Shown here: positions 52,501 through 63,089 of the stretch, in pieces | Layout: each line of letters starts with the position of its first letter | Position numbering within the stretch: position 1 is the stretch's first letter | Origin: Bacteroidota bacterium | GTDB lineage: Bacteria > Bacteroidota > Bacteroidia > AKYH767-A > OLB10 | Length of the DNA: 64,000 nucleotides | Direction: 5' to 3' | NCBI GenBank assembly: GCA_016713525.1 | Contig: JADJOZ010000001.1 | Coordinates: 716,225-780,224 of the forward strand | Position numbers and translations under genes: made by a program | Notes under the pieces: generated by a model | What the model was told of the DNA's origin: nothing | Databases searched by the model: none | Seen by the model: only the letters and a program-made list of their open reading frames with translations

Positions 52501-54244
52501 CTCAGTAGCAGCAATTCCGGGAGCAACCTCCTATAACTGGACACTACCAAATGGTGCGAGTGGAACATCTGCAACAAATACCATTGTAGTTTCTTTTGGA
52601 TCAACTTATGTAACAGGAAATATTTGTGTGAGCATTTCAAATGCCTGCGGACAAAGTTCTGCTACTTGTTTTCAGGTTCCATATTTGAATCAGGCTGCTT
52701 CAACTCCACCATCCCTTACCGGTACATTGCAGGCATGTGCAGGTACTACCCAAACATATACTGCAGCAACTGCTTTCAGGGCAACTTTTTATAACTGGAC
52801 AGCACCAGCAAATTCAGTTATTGTGAGTGGTCAGGGTACCCAGACAGTAAGTATTGCTTTTGCTTCTAATTTTATCTATGGTGATATATCAGTGGCTGGT
52901 GGAAATTGTATCGGTTTAAGTAGTGTTCGAAAACTGAGAGTTTACAATAAGCCATCTATCCCGGGTGTTATTTCGGGACCATCAACAGGTGTGTGTGCAG
53001 GATCGAATGGTACTTATTCTATTGTACCTGTAGTTGCTGCAACCACTTATAACTGGACGGCTCCGGCCGGTGCTACTATAACGGGAGGTCAGGGTACTAC
53101 ATCAGTTACAGTTGACTTTGGGCCGACTTATACCAGTGGTAATTTAATTGTCAACGCATCTAATAGCTGTGGAAACTCTAACAACAGAATTTTAACTGTT
53201 GCCTCCAAACCTGCATTGCCCGGACCTGTTTCCGGTCAAAGTGGATCTGTTTGCCCGGGTTCCGTGGTCACATATACCATTGCTGCTGTTCCTGGAGCTT
53301 TAGGATATAATTGGACAACACCTGCAAATACTACCATATTATCCGGACAAGGTACCACTTCTGTTTCGGTATCATTTAATACAGGATTTGCAGGCGGAAA
53401 CCTGCTTGTTAATGCAACCAATGCGTGTGGCACTTCCAATAATAGAGTGCTTTCTTTAGCGGGTGCTCCTGTTAAACCGGGTGGGATTACATTAAATGCT
53501 CCAATCACCAATATTTGTGGATTAACATCAGCAACATATAGTGTTCTTCCTACTGGAAATACATCTTCCTATCAATGGGCTGTACCTGCATTTGCAACAA
53601 TAATTTCAGGTCAGGGCACAACTTCAATTACAGTAAGTTATTCTAATACATTATCAGGTACAGGAAATGTTTGTGTATCAGGAATAAATAATTGTGGAGC
53701 AAGTTTACCACGATGCACCACAGTTACATCATTGCCAAACCGCCCATTAGCAATTACAGGTACGAATGTAGTGTGTGCCGGTCAGCAATCAATCAATTAC
53801 ACAATTCCAACCGAACCCGGTGTAGTATATACATGGGCTGTACCTTCAGGTGCAAGCATTGTAAGTGGCCAGGGAACAGGTAATATTGTTGTCAATTGGG
53901 GGGCAACTGCCGGAAACATCACTGTTTTTGGTACCAATAATTGCGGAAATTCATTGAACAGATTTTTAAGTGTTGCTATTAATTGCAGGTTAACTTCAGC
54001 AGCAATGTTTAAAGCTTCCCTGTTCCCAAATCCTGCACGTACAACATCAATGTTGAAACTTGAAGGAAATCATGGTGCATATGAGGTTAACATTTTTGAT
54101 ATGACCGGAAAGGAAGTCATAAGTTTACAAGGTACCAATGAATCCATTGAATTACCATTAACCGGAATTGAAGCCGGAATATATATGGTTCGAATAACAA
54201 CTGCTTCGGGTAATACGGAAGTATTGCGATTGGCAGTAGAATAA
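49573..54244 (+). CDS. M4 (thermolysin-like) metallopeptidase with proprotein-convertase P-domain, SprB repeats, ~10 Cys-containing ~90-aa repeat domains and a T9SS type-A CTD. Frameshift near 52441-52450.
   Basis: HEXXH region VVAHELTHGVTN with a downstream NESFSDIFG. P-domain-like YVADLTLRLIAPNG...GTWTLNVIDGFGQDLGTLSKWSIAL. Track ORFs 49573-52491 and 52331-54244 join if one C is removed in ACCTCCGGG, giving GNNDGTFTPGPVSGPAGAC. The C-terminus LFPNPARTTSMLKLEG...GIYMVRITT is a type-A CTD. Confidence 0.8.
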
Positions 54245-54269
54245 AAATAATACCTCAATAAACCGGAAA

Positions 54270-54297
54270 GGGGCTTGCAATTGCGGGCCCTTTTTTT
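54270..54297 (+). terminator. intrinsic terminator (GGGCTTGC-AATT-GCGGGCCC plus T7)
   Basis: Seen directly after the M4 peptidase stop. Confidence 0.6.
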
Positions 54298-54346
54298 GTT
54301 TTTGATCAGAATAGCTTTATGTTTGTGTCTGACTAGAAAATAAGTT

Positions 54347-54841
54347 ATGAGAACAGAATCCATTGTACTTGCTGATGTGATGAATAAAACACGTCAACTC
54401 ACAGAACTCTATTTAAATCTTCTGAAAAATGCCGATCCTTATCAAGTGTATGAAGTTGATGGTAAAAAACTGAATAGTATCTTGTGGATTAAAGCACATC
54501 TTTCGGTGACTGAAAACTGGCTGTTACTAAGAAGTACCGGTGGAGAAGCCATTCGTATTCCGTGGGCAAAACAATTTGGAATTGGTTCTGTGGTTCCGGC
54601 AAAAGAAGAATACCCTGCTCAGGATGAAATTGATGCAGTTTTCAAAGAAGTTCATCAGAATGCAATTTCATTCATCAGTACCATTGCCGATGATAAACTG
54701 GAAATTGTAAATGCAACCGGGTTTGAATTTGCGGGAGAGAATTCAACCCGTTCAGTAATTATACATGCCATCCGTCATGAAGGAACACATTCAGGGCATC
54801 TGGGATGGCTGTGCAAATTGAATGGTATTAAAACCATTTAA
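54347..54841 (+). CDS. DinB-family (DinB_2 / YfiT-like) protein
   Basis: Four-helix-bundle pattern with conserved His residues (IRHEGTHSGHLGWL). Confidence 0.6.
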   Translation: MRTESIVLADVMNKTRQLTELYLNLLKNADPYQVYEVDGKKLNSILWIKAHLSVTENWLLLRSTGGEAIRIPWAKQFGIGSVVPAKEEYPAQDEIDAVFKEVHQNAISFISTIADDKLEIVNATGFEFAGENSTRSVIIHAIRHEGTHSGHLGWLCKLNGIKTI

Positions 54842-54843
54842 GT

Positions 54844-55587
54844 CTAAGGGATTTTCAACGGCCCGAAGGAACTTATCATTTCCTTCAATACCTCCGGTTT
54901 GAGTAGTTTTATTCTCTTACCTACCAGTGAAATTAGTCCTTCCTTATTAAACGCCGATAAAGTGCGGATTACTTCTTCTAATGAACTTCCTGTTATATCG
55001 GCGTAATCCTGACGAGGCAATTGCAATCCCAGATAATCAACCCCTTCAAAGTGCTCTGGTTGAAAAATTTCATTGATGGTGAGAAGAGCATCAGCAAGTT
55101 TTTGTCGTGCCGACATTTGTGATAAAGAGCGCAATTTGTATTCCGCTCTTCGTAATTCATCGGCATAAAAATTCAATAATTCAAAAACCAGATCCCCATT
55201 ATTTTTTAAAGTCTCTTTGAAAGTTTTCTCGGGAATAAAACAAACGGTTGCGGGTGATAAAGCAGTGGCTCCAATGGGATAAATTTTCGAGCTGCCAAAT
55301 CCCCTGTGACCAATAAGATCTCCGGATTTAGCAAGTCTCACAATTGGAGTTGTGTTTGTATATCCGGAAGTAAAAACCTTGAACTGTCCCTTATAAATAA
55401 AATAAATTCCATTAACTGGATCGCCTTCGCGAAAAAGATCATCATGCTTCTTAATTCGGAGTGCCACCCTCTTTTTATCGATAGCTGATTTCCATTCAGC
55501 GGTAGTAAATCGATTGATGAAGCAATTTTGTGAATCGCATGTTTTGCAATGGGGAAGAACCATAAGTAGATTGAACTGTAAATTCAA
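54844..55587 (-). CDS. Crp/Fnr family transcriptional regulator (N-terminal Cys cluster, cNMP-binding domain, C-terminal HTH)
   Basis: CKTCDSQNC N-terminal cysteines, a cNMP-binding beta-roll (GDLIGHRGFG) and C-terminal HTH YADITGSSLEEVIRTLSAF. Confidence 0.7.
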   Translation of the reverse strand: MNLQFNLLMVLPHCKTCDSQNCFINRFTTAEWKSAIDKKRVALRIKKHDDLFREGDPVNGIYFIYKGQFKVFTSGYTNTTPIVRLAKSGDLIGHRGFGSSKIYPIGATALSPATVCFIPEKTFKETLKNNGDLVFELLNFYADELRRAEYKLRSLSQMSARQKLADALLTINEIFQPEHFEGVDYLGLQLPRQDYADITGSSLEEVIRTLSAFNKEGLISLVGKRIKLLKPEVLKEMISSFGPLKIP

Positions 55588-55679
55588 AGGTACAAATTTG
55601 ATTTGGAGATAAACAAAAAGTATTGTAAAGACCTGAATATTAGTATTTTAATATGTGTCAAAATTGATTGATGAAAAAT

Positions 55680-56893
55680 TTATTTAGTGCCAGTTTCAGC
55701 TTTTAAGTTTCCTACCAGTATCAATATCAACCCACTTAACATAAGTGAAGAAATAAGAAGAAGTGAGACATCCGCAAATGGAATGACTGTATATGAAAAG
55801 GATGCCAGACCCTGAATAAGCAGCACCATTTCATTGAGAAAAATTCCTCCAATAAAAATCATAATCCCATTTCTGACATATTTATTATTCCGGATCAGCT
55901 TATTTAAATATATGTACCCTAACAGAAATACAGAAATGACTCCAAGCAATACCAAATGAAGATAAGCAATTACAATTGTCCGGAATCCGAAAGCCAGTTT
56001 ACTGATTTCCGGAATTACAGAGCCGGCCTGAAGCAACAATTTAATAGTGAGTGCAACTCCGGCAAATTGTAAAAGCACTCCCGATAATGGATTCAAATGT
56101 TTCTGGATTTCTTGTTTATTCGATAGTAAAAACGAATCATCAGGAACCATGCAATTAGCTGTGCAATGGATGCTACAACTACTAATACATAAATCCAATT
56201 GGAAACCGGTACCCACAATACCGATAGGAAGTAAGCAGGAATACAGGCAAGTGCAAAGATTGGAAATGTATATTTTGGGAGTTCCTTTTCGGGAAGTACT
56301 TTGGATAACCAATCGGTAAAGAGACCCATACAAGCAAAGAAAAACCAGCCATTGTACTGGAAATGCAGGTAATAGTAAACAGACCCTAAATAATGATGTT
56401 GTGTAATGTTTTTATGAGACATCATATATGCAAGGTAAAAAGTTCCTGCTGCTGATATGATATTAAAAAATAAGGCTGCTTTAAACCAGGGTGCACCTGC
56501 AGATTTGTCGTTCTGACGGAAATAAAACAGGGCAAATAGCCATGATACAATAATGGAAGACGTAGAAAAAAACAACGATATAATTCCATATCCCTGAATG
56601 GCGAAAAATACCAGCATTCCATAGGCACATATTAGGTTGGCATAAATCAATATTACACCTGATCGTGATTCAATAAATGGTTTATTTAATCTGTAAACAA
56701 GTAAAGTCATTAAAGCATGACTTACCCATCCTGCAAAAGCAAAATGCGAATGGGCATGTAACAGATTTTTCTGATCAAAGAAAGGAAATTCAAAACCAAT
56801 TTTGTATCGCATTAAAATACCCAGAGAAGCGATAATTGCCAGATTTAAAATGGCAACATTAATAAGCGACCGGTAATTCGTTTGGAGTTGCAT
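55680..56893 (-). CDS. NnrS-family heme-copper membrane protein, frameshift in A5 run 56128-56132
   Basis: Overlapping track ORFs 56093-56893 and 55680-56333 are one ~400-aa polytopic protein with conserved His (HAHSHFAFAGW). Adding one T on the coding strand gives a continuous ...IAWFLMIRFLLSNKQEIQKHLNPLSGVLLQF. Confidence 0.6.
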
Positions 56894-56901
56894 TATTTCA
56901 A

Positions 56902-57321
56902 CTATGTAGCATTTAAAATTTTTATTTGCATCACTGTAGCAATACTCATTGCCCGTTGTTTGATGGTGGTAGCATTTGGTCCTTCAAATAAATCATCAAC
57001 AGTCTTTGTAAAAAGTTCAATCCAGTGATTAAAATGTTCGGGTTTCATGGCACTCTTTTGGTGAAGTGCAATATGAGGAGGCATGGGATTTCCTTTGTAA
57101 TTTCCGGTATTAAAAACTATGTTTTCCCAAAAATCTACCATTATAGGAAGATGATGATCCCAGTCTACAGGAATAATTTTAGAGAAAAAAAATCCAATTT
57201 CACTGTCTGTTCTTACCTGATCATAAAATGTATGAACGATATCAGAAATATCTTGTCGGTTTTGAATATCTTCTTTCATAAGTTGTTTATAAATCTTTTT
57301 TTCGAAAACGAAACATTGCAA
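56902..57321 (-). CDS. truncated hemoglobin (group II/III globin)
   Basis: 139-aa globin-like protein (FYDQVRTDSEIGFFF...HIALHQ...FNHWIELF) in an NO/N2O gene neighbourhood. Confidence 0.55.
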   Translation of the reverse strand: MQCFVFEKKIYKQLMKEDIQNRQDISDIVHTFYDQVRTDSEIGFFFSKIIPVDWDHHLPIMVDFWENIVFNTGNYKGNPMPPHIALHQKSAMKPEHFNHWIELFTKTVDDLFEGPNATTIKQRAMSIATVMQIKILNAT

Positions 57322-58054
57322 TTAAAAATGGAATTATAGTCCAAAGTATCAGCAACAGGATGGTGAACAGGCGCCCGGTGAAAGTGCCGAAGAATTCTTT
57401 GAATATTGCTCCCGTATAACCCATCATGGCTGAAACATCCAGTTCAAGCAATACCAGAATTCTCGATAAATCAATCGGGCTTAATACGCTGATACCGATC
57501 ATCATTTTTTCAATAGGGTATTCGGCAAACTGGAATACCAGAAATAATATTATCCCGTCAAATAGTAACGCAAAGAATAGCCAGATGAGAATGGCAATGC
57601 CCAGGCCTTTTGCTTTATCACGGGTTAGTGATGCACTCAGGAATGCAAGGGCGGTGAATACCATCGTACTGAATATTCCGGCTATGATGAGATGTAAACC
57701 GGATACATTAAAAGCAAAAATTAATATTGGAATACCGGCACCAACCATAAATGCAAGTAAAAGGGAAATGGAAAGCCCGGTAAAAATACTGATATAAATC
57801 TTTGTTCTTTTGATGGGTTGACTTACGAGTAGTTCTATGAATTCGCCGCAATTGTACACATAAATAGCAGAAAAAATTACAGCTATCAATGGAACCGTCA
57901 GTAAAACCATATTTAACAAGGTTAACAATCCTTTGGTTGCATTATCTTCAAGACTGAAAACACTCCAGCTCAAAATGGCGAGCAGCAGGGTATAGAAAAG
58001 CAGTATTTTGTTTTTCAGGATGTCAAGCATCACATATTTCATAATTCTATACAT
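57287..58054 (-). CDS. nosY: ABC-2 type permease NosY
   Basis: Six-TM permease directly downstream of nosF and nosD. Its start overlaps the nosF stop. Confidence 0.7.
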   Translation of the reverse strand: MYRIMKYVMLDILKNKILLFYTLLLAILSWSVFSLEDNATKGLLTLLNMVLLTVPLIAVIFSAIYVYNCGEFIELLVSQPIKRTKIYISIFTGLSISLLLAFMVGAGIPILIFAFNVSGLHLIIAGIFSTMVFTALAFLSASLTRDKAKGLGIAILIWLFFALLFDGIILFLVFQFAEYPIEKMMIGISVLSPIDLSRILVLLELDVSAMMGYTGAIFKEFFGTFTGRLFTILLLILWTIIPFLIAMFRFRKKDL

Positions 58055-58760
58055 GAGCAGCCGACTTTAGAATTTTAGCAATTGCTTTTGAAATACGGTC
58101 TTCTCCAGTTTCTGATTTTATGATGTCAACTTCTTTTTTAAACACTATTTTTCCATCCTGCATAAAAATTATACCGTTCACCATTTCATCGAGTTCACTC
58201 AGGAGATGGGAAGTTATCAGAATCAGCTTTCCGGCTTCTTTTTCCTGAATAATTTTTTCTTTCAGAATTTCAGAAGCAAGAGGATCGAGGCCGGCTGTAG
58301 GTTCGTCAAGTATCAGAACATCCGGATTGAACATGAATGCCAGGGTGGCACTTACTTTTTGAGTGGTTCCTCCTGATAGTGTCCTCATTTTTTTATCTGC
58401 CATATTTTTCAGATCAAAAAGTCTGTACAGTTGATCATCGACAGGTTTTTCCGGTTGGCGGATTTCCTGAATCATATCGATTATTTGTCCAATTGTCATA
58501 TTATCGGGATACCGGCCGATTTGTGGCATATAACCTATACAATTTCGGTATAAATGGTCGTTGTAAATCGATTTGCCATTAAACAAAATCTGGCCGGAAT
58601 CAGGAACAACCATACCGAGTAAGCCTTTAATCAGGGTGGTTTTTCCGCAACCATTGGGACCAATTAAAGCTAATGTCGATCCTGAATTACAATCAAGGTT
58701 CACATCATGAAGTGCCTTTAATCTGCCGAAAGATTTATTGATATTTTTGAAAGCTATCAT
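58047..58760 (-). CDS. nosF: ABC transporter ATP-binding protein NosF
   Basis: Walker A GPNGCGKTT, signature LSGGTTQK and Walker B LILDEP. 4-nt overlap with nosD. Confidence 0.8.
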   Translation of the reverse strand: MIAFKNINKSFGRLKALHDVNLDCNSGSTLALIGPNGCGKTTLIKGLLGMVVPDSGQILFNGKSIYNDHLYRNCIGYMPQIGRYPDNMTIGQIIDMIQEIRQPEKPVDDQLYRLFDLKNMADKKMRTLSGGTTQKVSATLAFMFNPDVLILDEPTAGLDPLASEILKEKIIQEKEAGKLILITSHLLSELDEMVNGIIFMQDGKIVFKKEVDIIKSETGEDRISKAIAKILKSAAHV

Positions 58761-59998
58761 AATTCAATTGCACGCATTAAAGGTGTGTTGTCTCTGAATA
58801 GATCAGGAGTCAAGCTAGGAATTAGTTTTTCGGATTTATCTAGTAAGGAGACTATAATACTACGGTAAAGAAGCATAGCCGGCGGATTCATTTCTACAAT
58901 CACAGAAAACAAACTAATAGGGTGGTAGGGGACATCTCCTTTTTTATCCTTGTTCAAATCATACCCTTCATACTTATCCCAGTAATTTCCATCAAAATTA
59001 TTCAGGACCAGGGAACCATTGGTTGTTATATCGAATGTGTTAGCGGTAAAATTATTTTTGGTTACGATATTGTCCATACAGCTTGCCTGAATACGCATAC
59101 CCCAGCCATTTTGATGGAAACTATTTTTGGTAACAATAATACGGTTTGTTCCTTCCATATAAATTCCTGAAGTGTTGCTGATAAATTTATTTCCTGCAAT
59201 CTGACTGTCGGAAATTTCTTTTAATAGTAAACCATATGCTGCATCTCCCCAATTTTGTTCGAAAACATTATGAAACATCTTTACATTTTTAGTAAACATA
59301 ACAGCAACGCCAGCTCCATTTCCGGTGAAGGTGTTTAGTACATAGGAATCGTTGTTCGAGAACATGAAATGCAGTCCATACCGGATGTTGTTTTTAGAGT
59401 GATTCATAAAAATGTCCGAATTTGTTACGAATTCAAAGTAAATCCCATCTCTGTGTCCCTGTATTTCGTTTGAAGTTATTTGTAGACTATCGCTCTTCCA
59501 GCAATGAATGCCGTTTCCGATCAGTTGTTCATCTGTGGCATTGGAAATGATGTAGTTGTTTCTTATCAGGCAATGCTTACTATATTGGATATAAATTCCA
59601 AAAAAATTATTTTCAATTTTGTTATTTTGTATGATGACATTGTTGGAGGCGTATACTTTTATTCCTCCGGGATCATCGAGACTTCCATGTCCGGAATTTC
59701 TGATTGTAAATCCTTCAACTATTACATTGGGTGATTTTACTGAAAGTACTTCATATTTTAGTTCGCCATCAATTACGGGATTACCTGTTCCTTTGAAGTA
59801 AATAGGTTTGTCAATAATAATATTTCCTTCTTTGTATGTTCCGGCGAATACCAGAACCGTATCACCTGCTAGAGATTGATTTAACGCTTGTTTGATGGAA
59901 GGATATTGTTTAAAAGGGCCTGTCAACAACTGTCTGCCCGAAGCAATTGCCGAAAAGCCCAATAACAAAAACAACCAAACAAATATTTTATACTTCAT
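58757..59998 (-). CDS. nosD: nitrous-oxide reductase maturation protein NosD (periplasmic right-handed beta-helix)
   Basis: Signal peptide and repeated parallel-beta-helix segments (NNVIIQNNKIENNFFGIYIQYS...). Position between nosL and nosF. Confidence 0.8.
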   Translation of the reverse strand: MKYKIFVWLFLLLGFSAIASGRQLLTGPFKQYPSIKQALNQSLAGDTVLVFAGTYKEGNIIIDKPIYFKGTGNPVIDGELKYEVLSVKSPNVIVEGFTIRNSGHGSLDDPGGIKVYASNNVIIQNNKIENNFFGIYIQYSKHCLIRNNYIISNATDEQLIGNGIHCWKSDSLQITSNEIQGHRDGIYFEFVTNSDIFMNHSKNNIRYGLHFMFSNNDSYVLNTFTGNGAGVAVMFTKNVKMFHNVFEQNWGDAAYGLLLKEISDSQIAGNKFISNTSGIYMEGTNRIIVTKNSFHQNGWGMRIQASCMDNIVTKNNFTANTFDITTNGSLVLNNFDGNYWDKYEGYDLNKDKKGDVPYHPISLFSVIVEMNPPAMLLYRSIIVSLLDKSEKLIPSLTPDLFRDNTPLMRAIEL

Positions 59999-60453
59999 TT
60001 TATAATTGCATCCCAGCTTACTGGGGTAGCATTAGTGTTTTTTAAGAATGTAGATGCATCCACAGATTTATCAATCGCAATTATATTTCCACCCATGGGA
60101 CCTTTGTGGTCACTTGTAGTATAAAAGCTCATTTCTTTTGTATGAAACAATTCATGTGGAGGATGGAAACTACTAACATAGATTTCTTTTACCTGAAAGT
60201 CCGGTTCTTCTTTTAGAAAAGCAGTCAGACAAATTAAATCATCAAATTTGTAGGCCCGCCCTTTCATCGTTACTATTTCCGCAGCATATTTCAGGTCTGA
60301 AATCATCATTTTGCAATAAATGCAATGTTCTTTATTGATGATTATTGGTTCCTTACCTGAACCTGAGCATGAGGTTATGGTGATAGCAAGTGCTGCAGGA
60401 AGAATGAAGGATGCTACGATGTTTTTCTTAAATATTATCCCGAATTCTTTCAT
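59995..60453 (-). CDS. nosL: copper chaperone lipoprotein NosL
   Basis: An internal Met at 60453 begins a perfect lipoprotein signal MKEFGIIFKKNIVASFILPAALAITITSC, followed by a NosL-like domain (CIYCKMMISDLKYAAEIV...GPMGGN). Confidence 0.6.
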   Translation of the reverse strand: MKEFGIIFKKNIVASFILPAALAITITSCSGSGKEPIIINKEHCIYCKMMISDLKYAAEIVTMKGRAYKFDDLICLTAFLKEEPDFQVKEIYVSSFHPPHELFHTKEMSFYTTSDHKGPMGGNIIAIDKSVDASTFLKNTNATPVSWDAIIK

Positions 60454-60999
60454 AAACGCCAGAAGCATTAAAATGCCACTGGAAATAAACAGCCAGCCAC
60501 CGATGTCGGGGATGGAGTATGCGCCAAAATTTAAGAGTTGCTTGAAGCCAATAAGTGGAGGCTGATATGCCATTCCGGGTACTATAATTGCAGCATTCGG
60601 ATCCAAATCGTGGCCGTAATTATATTCCCAGCGCCAGAAATCTACCATAGCCAGAACCCCGAAAGCAATGAATGAAAATAGTAATATTTTAAGATGAATT
60701 TTTTGCCCTGCAAATGAAGTCAATAATGAAATTAGGGCGAAAATCCCGATGATATAAGGAAGTAGCGTAAATTCCATAAAGTCGTCGGTATGTAAAGTCT
60801 TCATGCCAATATAATGGTTTAGGCCATTTATAATATCGACATTACCTCCTAATTTATTTGCAAATATCTGTAACATGAGTCCTTCCGGATACTGCGGTGC
60901 ATCGAGTTCTATTCTCCAGATGGGAACGAAGAGTGAAATGATCAGAAATATTCCTGCGAAGAGCAATAGTAGTCTGGCAGGTGAATTTAATTTTTTCAT
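60454..60999 (-). CDS. NosB-like polytopic membrane protein, in-frame with nosL (no intervening stop)
   Basis: 182 aa with ~5 TM helices, read continuously into the nosL frame in track ORF 59995-60999. Clade-II nos clusters carry a membrane-protein gene (nosB) at this position. Confidence 0.4.
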
Positions 61000-61085
61000 G
61001 GATTTAGTTTCAAATGATTAAAAGAGGGGAGTAGCAGCAGTTGTTTTACTGCCACTCCCGTTTGAACCGGCTAAAATTTCAAACC

Positions 61086-63065
61086 TTATTTCGAAGCTTC
61101 CGGCACACTTTCTCCGAGACTAAATTTTAATGCGTTATTACTCCCTGCCGGAGATACTCTGATATATCCCTGCATTTCCTGGTGCAAAGCACTACAGAAG
61201 TCGGTGCAATACATGGGATACATACCGGCTTTTTCAGGAACCCATTTTAAGGTACTGGTTTCTCCCGGCATAATGAGCAGTTCAGCATTATTAGCACCCT
61301 TCACCGCAAATCCATGCGGAACATCCCAGTCTTGTTCAAGATTGGTTACATGAAAGTAAATCTCATCGCCAACTTTTACTCCCTCTATATTATCAGGTGC
61401 AAAATGTGACCTTATCGAACTCATATATACATGAACTTTGTTCCCTTCTCTCTCCACCTTAGCATCTTTTTCTCCTTTAGTTGCAAAAGGATGTTTGTTG
61501 TCATCAATTTTGAAAATCTTAACCTGATTTTCTCTTATTTTAGCTGCTTCAACAGCTTGGGCATAGTGCGGTTCCCCAATAGTGGGAAAATCCAGTATCA
61601 TTTGCATTTTGTCGCCACTGATATCGAATAGCTGTGCACTTTGTGCCAATTCAGGACCTGTTGGAAGATATCGGTCTTTGGTAATTTTATTGTAAGCAAT
61701 CAGATATTTCGGTGAAGGTTTTTTGCTGTCGCCACCTGGAATGCACAAGTGACCTACAGAATAAAATGTTGGTACCCGATCCAAAACTTTTAGATCTTTA
61801 ATATTCCACTTTACCACTTCTGATGAAACAAAGAAGGATGTGTATGCATTTCCCTTTCCATCAAATTCTGTATGCAAAGGTCCAAGTCCTGGTTTTTTGA
61901 CTTCGCCATATAAGGCAGCTTCATACTTCACCACTGGAATTCCTTCATACATTCCATCATATTGTTTATTAGCAATTGCATTCTGTAATTTATCGAAACT
62001 AAATACAGGAATTATTGCAGCTAATTTACCACTACCTACAATGTACTCACCGGTAGGATCAACATCACAACCGTGAGGCGATTTCGGACAAGGGATCATA
62101 TAACATATATCGGTTAGTTCTTTTGAGTCGAGAACCAAAACTTCTGTTCTTATGGTTGATGTTGCTGAATGAGTTTCATCACTGTAACTGTTGTGTGCAT
62201 ATTTTACAGCTACTTTTTTCCCTTTTCCGGCTTTGATATATTCTTCAGCTTTTTTCCAGTTAACAGCCATGATAAAATCCTTGTCTTTTTGGGAAGCATT
62301 TACTTCCAGCAAGGTACTGGCCTGTTCTGTGTTGTAGCAGGAGAAAAAGAACCAACCATGAGATTTGCCTTTTCCGGCATGACTCAAATCGAAATTCACT
62401 CCCGGACATTCAATCTGGAATGCGATGTCCATATTTCCTTTTTCTTTGTCGACACTTATGAAGCTGATGTAGCCCTTGAAATTCTGCTTATAACTATTAA
62501 TGGCTACATCGCCATTTGCATTATCTGGTGGAATACTGAAACGCGTACCGGCAACCACATACTCCGTGTTTTCAGTTATGAAAGGTGACGAGTGATTACC
62601 TGCACTGTTTGGTAATTCAATGATCTCTGCTGTTCGGAATGTTTTAAGATCGATCCTCGCAACTCGGGGTGTATTGTTGGCATTTCCAAACACCCATCTG
62701 CCATCAATTTCTCCGTTTGTTTGAGACATTTCGGTATGATGTAAATCGTCCCATGGCACAAAACCATGTGAAGTGTTAAGCATTGGTTTTGTTTCTTCGC
62801 TGTAACCCCATCCTTTTTCAGGATCAACAGAAAATACAGGGATTACACGTAATAAACGTCCGCTGGGTAATCCGTAGGTACTAATTTGTCCGCTAAATCC
62901 CCCACTTACAAAGTTGTAGTAGGAATCGTATTGACCGGGAGCCACATAAGCTTTAGCTGCGTTGTCTCCGGAAACAGCATTGCTGGTGTTCTTAGGTTTG
63001 CATGCAATAGCAAGTACCATGGTTGTTGCAAACATGGTAGCAAGTAAAAATTGGTTTGTTTTCAT
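61086..63065 (-). CDS. nosZ: nitrous-oxide reductase NosZ (Sec-type signal, clade-II-like)
   Basis: 659 aa with a seven-bladed propeller catalytic region and a C-terminal CuA cupredoxin (VPHGFAV...CTDFCSALHQEMQGY). N-terminal Sec-type signal MKTNQFLLATMFATTMVLAIAC. Confidence 0.9.
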   Translation of the reverse strand: MKTNQFLLATMFATTMVLAIACKPKNTSNAVSGDNAAKAYVAPGQYDSYYNFVSGGFSGQISTYGLPSGRLLRVIPVFSVDPEKGWGYSEETKPMLNTSHGFVPWDDLHHTEMSQTNGEIDGRWVFGNANNTPRVARIDLKTFRTAEIIELPNSAGNHSSPFITENTEYVVAGTRFSIPPDNANGDVAINSYKQNFKGYISFISVDKEKGNMDIAFQIECPGVNFDLSHAGKGKSHGWFFFSCYNTEQASTLLEVNASQKDKDFIMAVNWKKAEEYIKAGKGKKVAVKYAHNSYSDETHSATSTIRTEVLVLDSKELTDICYMIPCPKSPHGCDVDPTGEYIVGSGKLAAIIPVFSFDKLQNAIANKQYDGMYEGIPVVKYEAALYGEVKKPGLGPLHTEFDGKGNAYTSFFVSSEVVKWNIKDLKVLDRVPTFYSVGHLCIPGGDSKKPSPKYLIAYNKITKDRYLPTGPELAQSAQLFDISGDKMQMILDFPTIGEPHYAQAVEAAKIRENQVKIFKIDDNKHPFATKGEKDAKVEREGNKVHVYMSSIRSHFAPDNIEGVKVGDEIYFHVTNLEQDWDVPHGFAVKGANNAELLIMPGETSTLKWVPEKAGMYPMYCTDFCSALHQEMQGYIRVSPAGSNNALKFSLGESVPEASK

Positions 63066-63089
63066 ATTTGTGTCAGGTTTGTTGTGATA

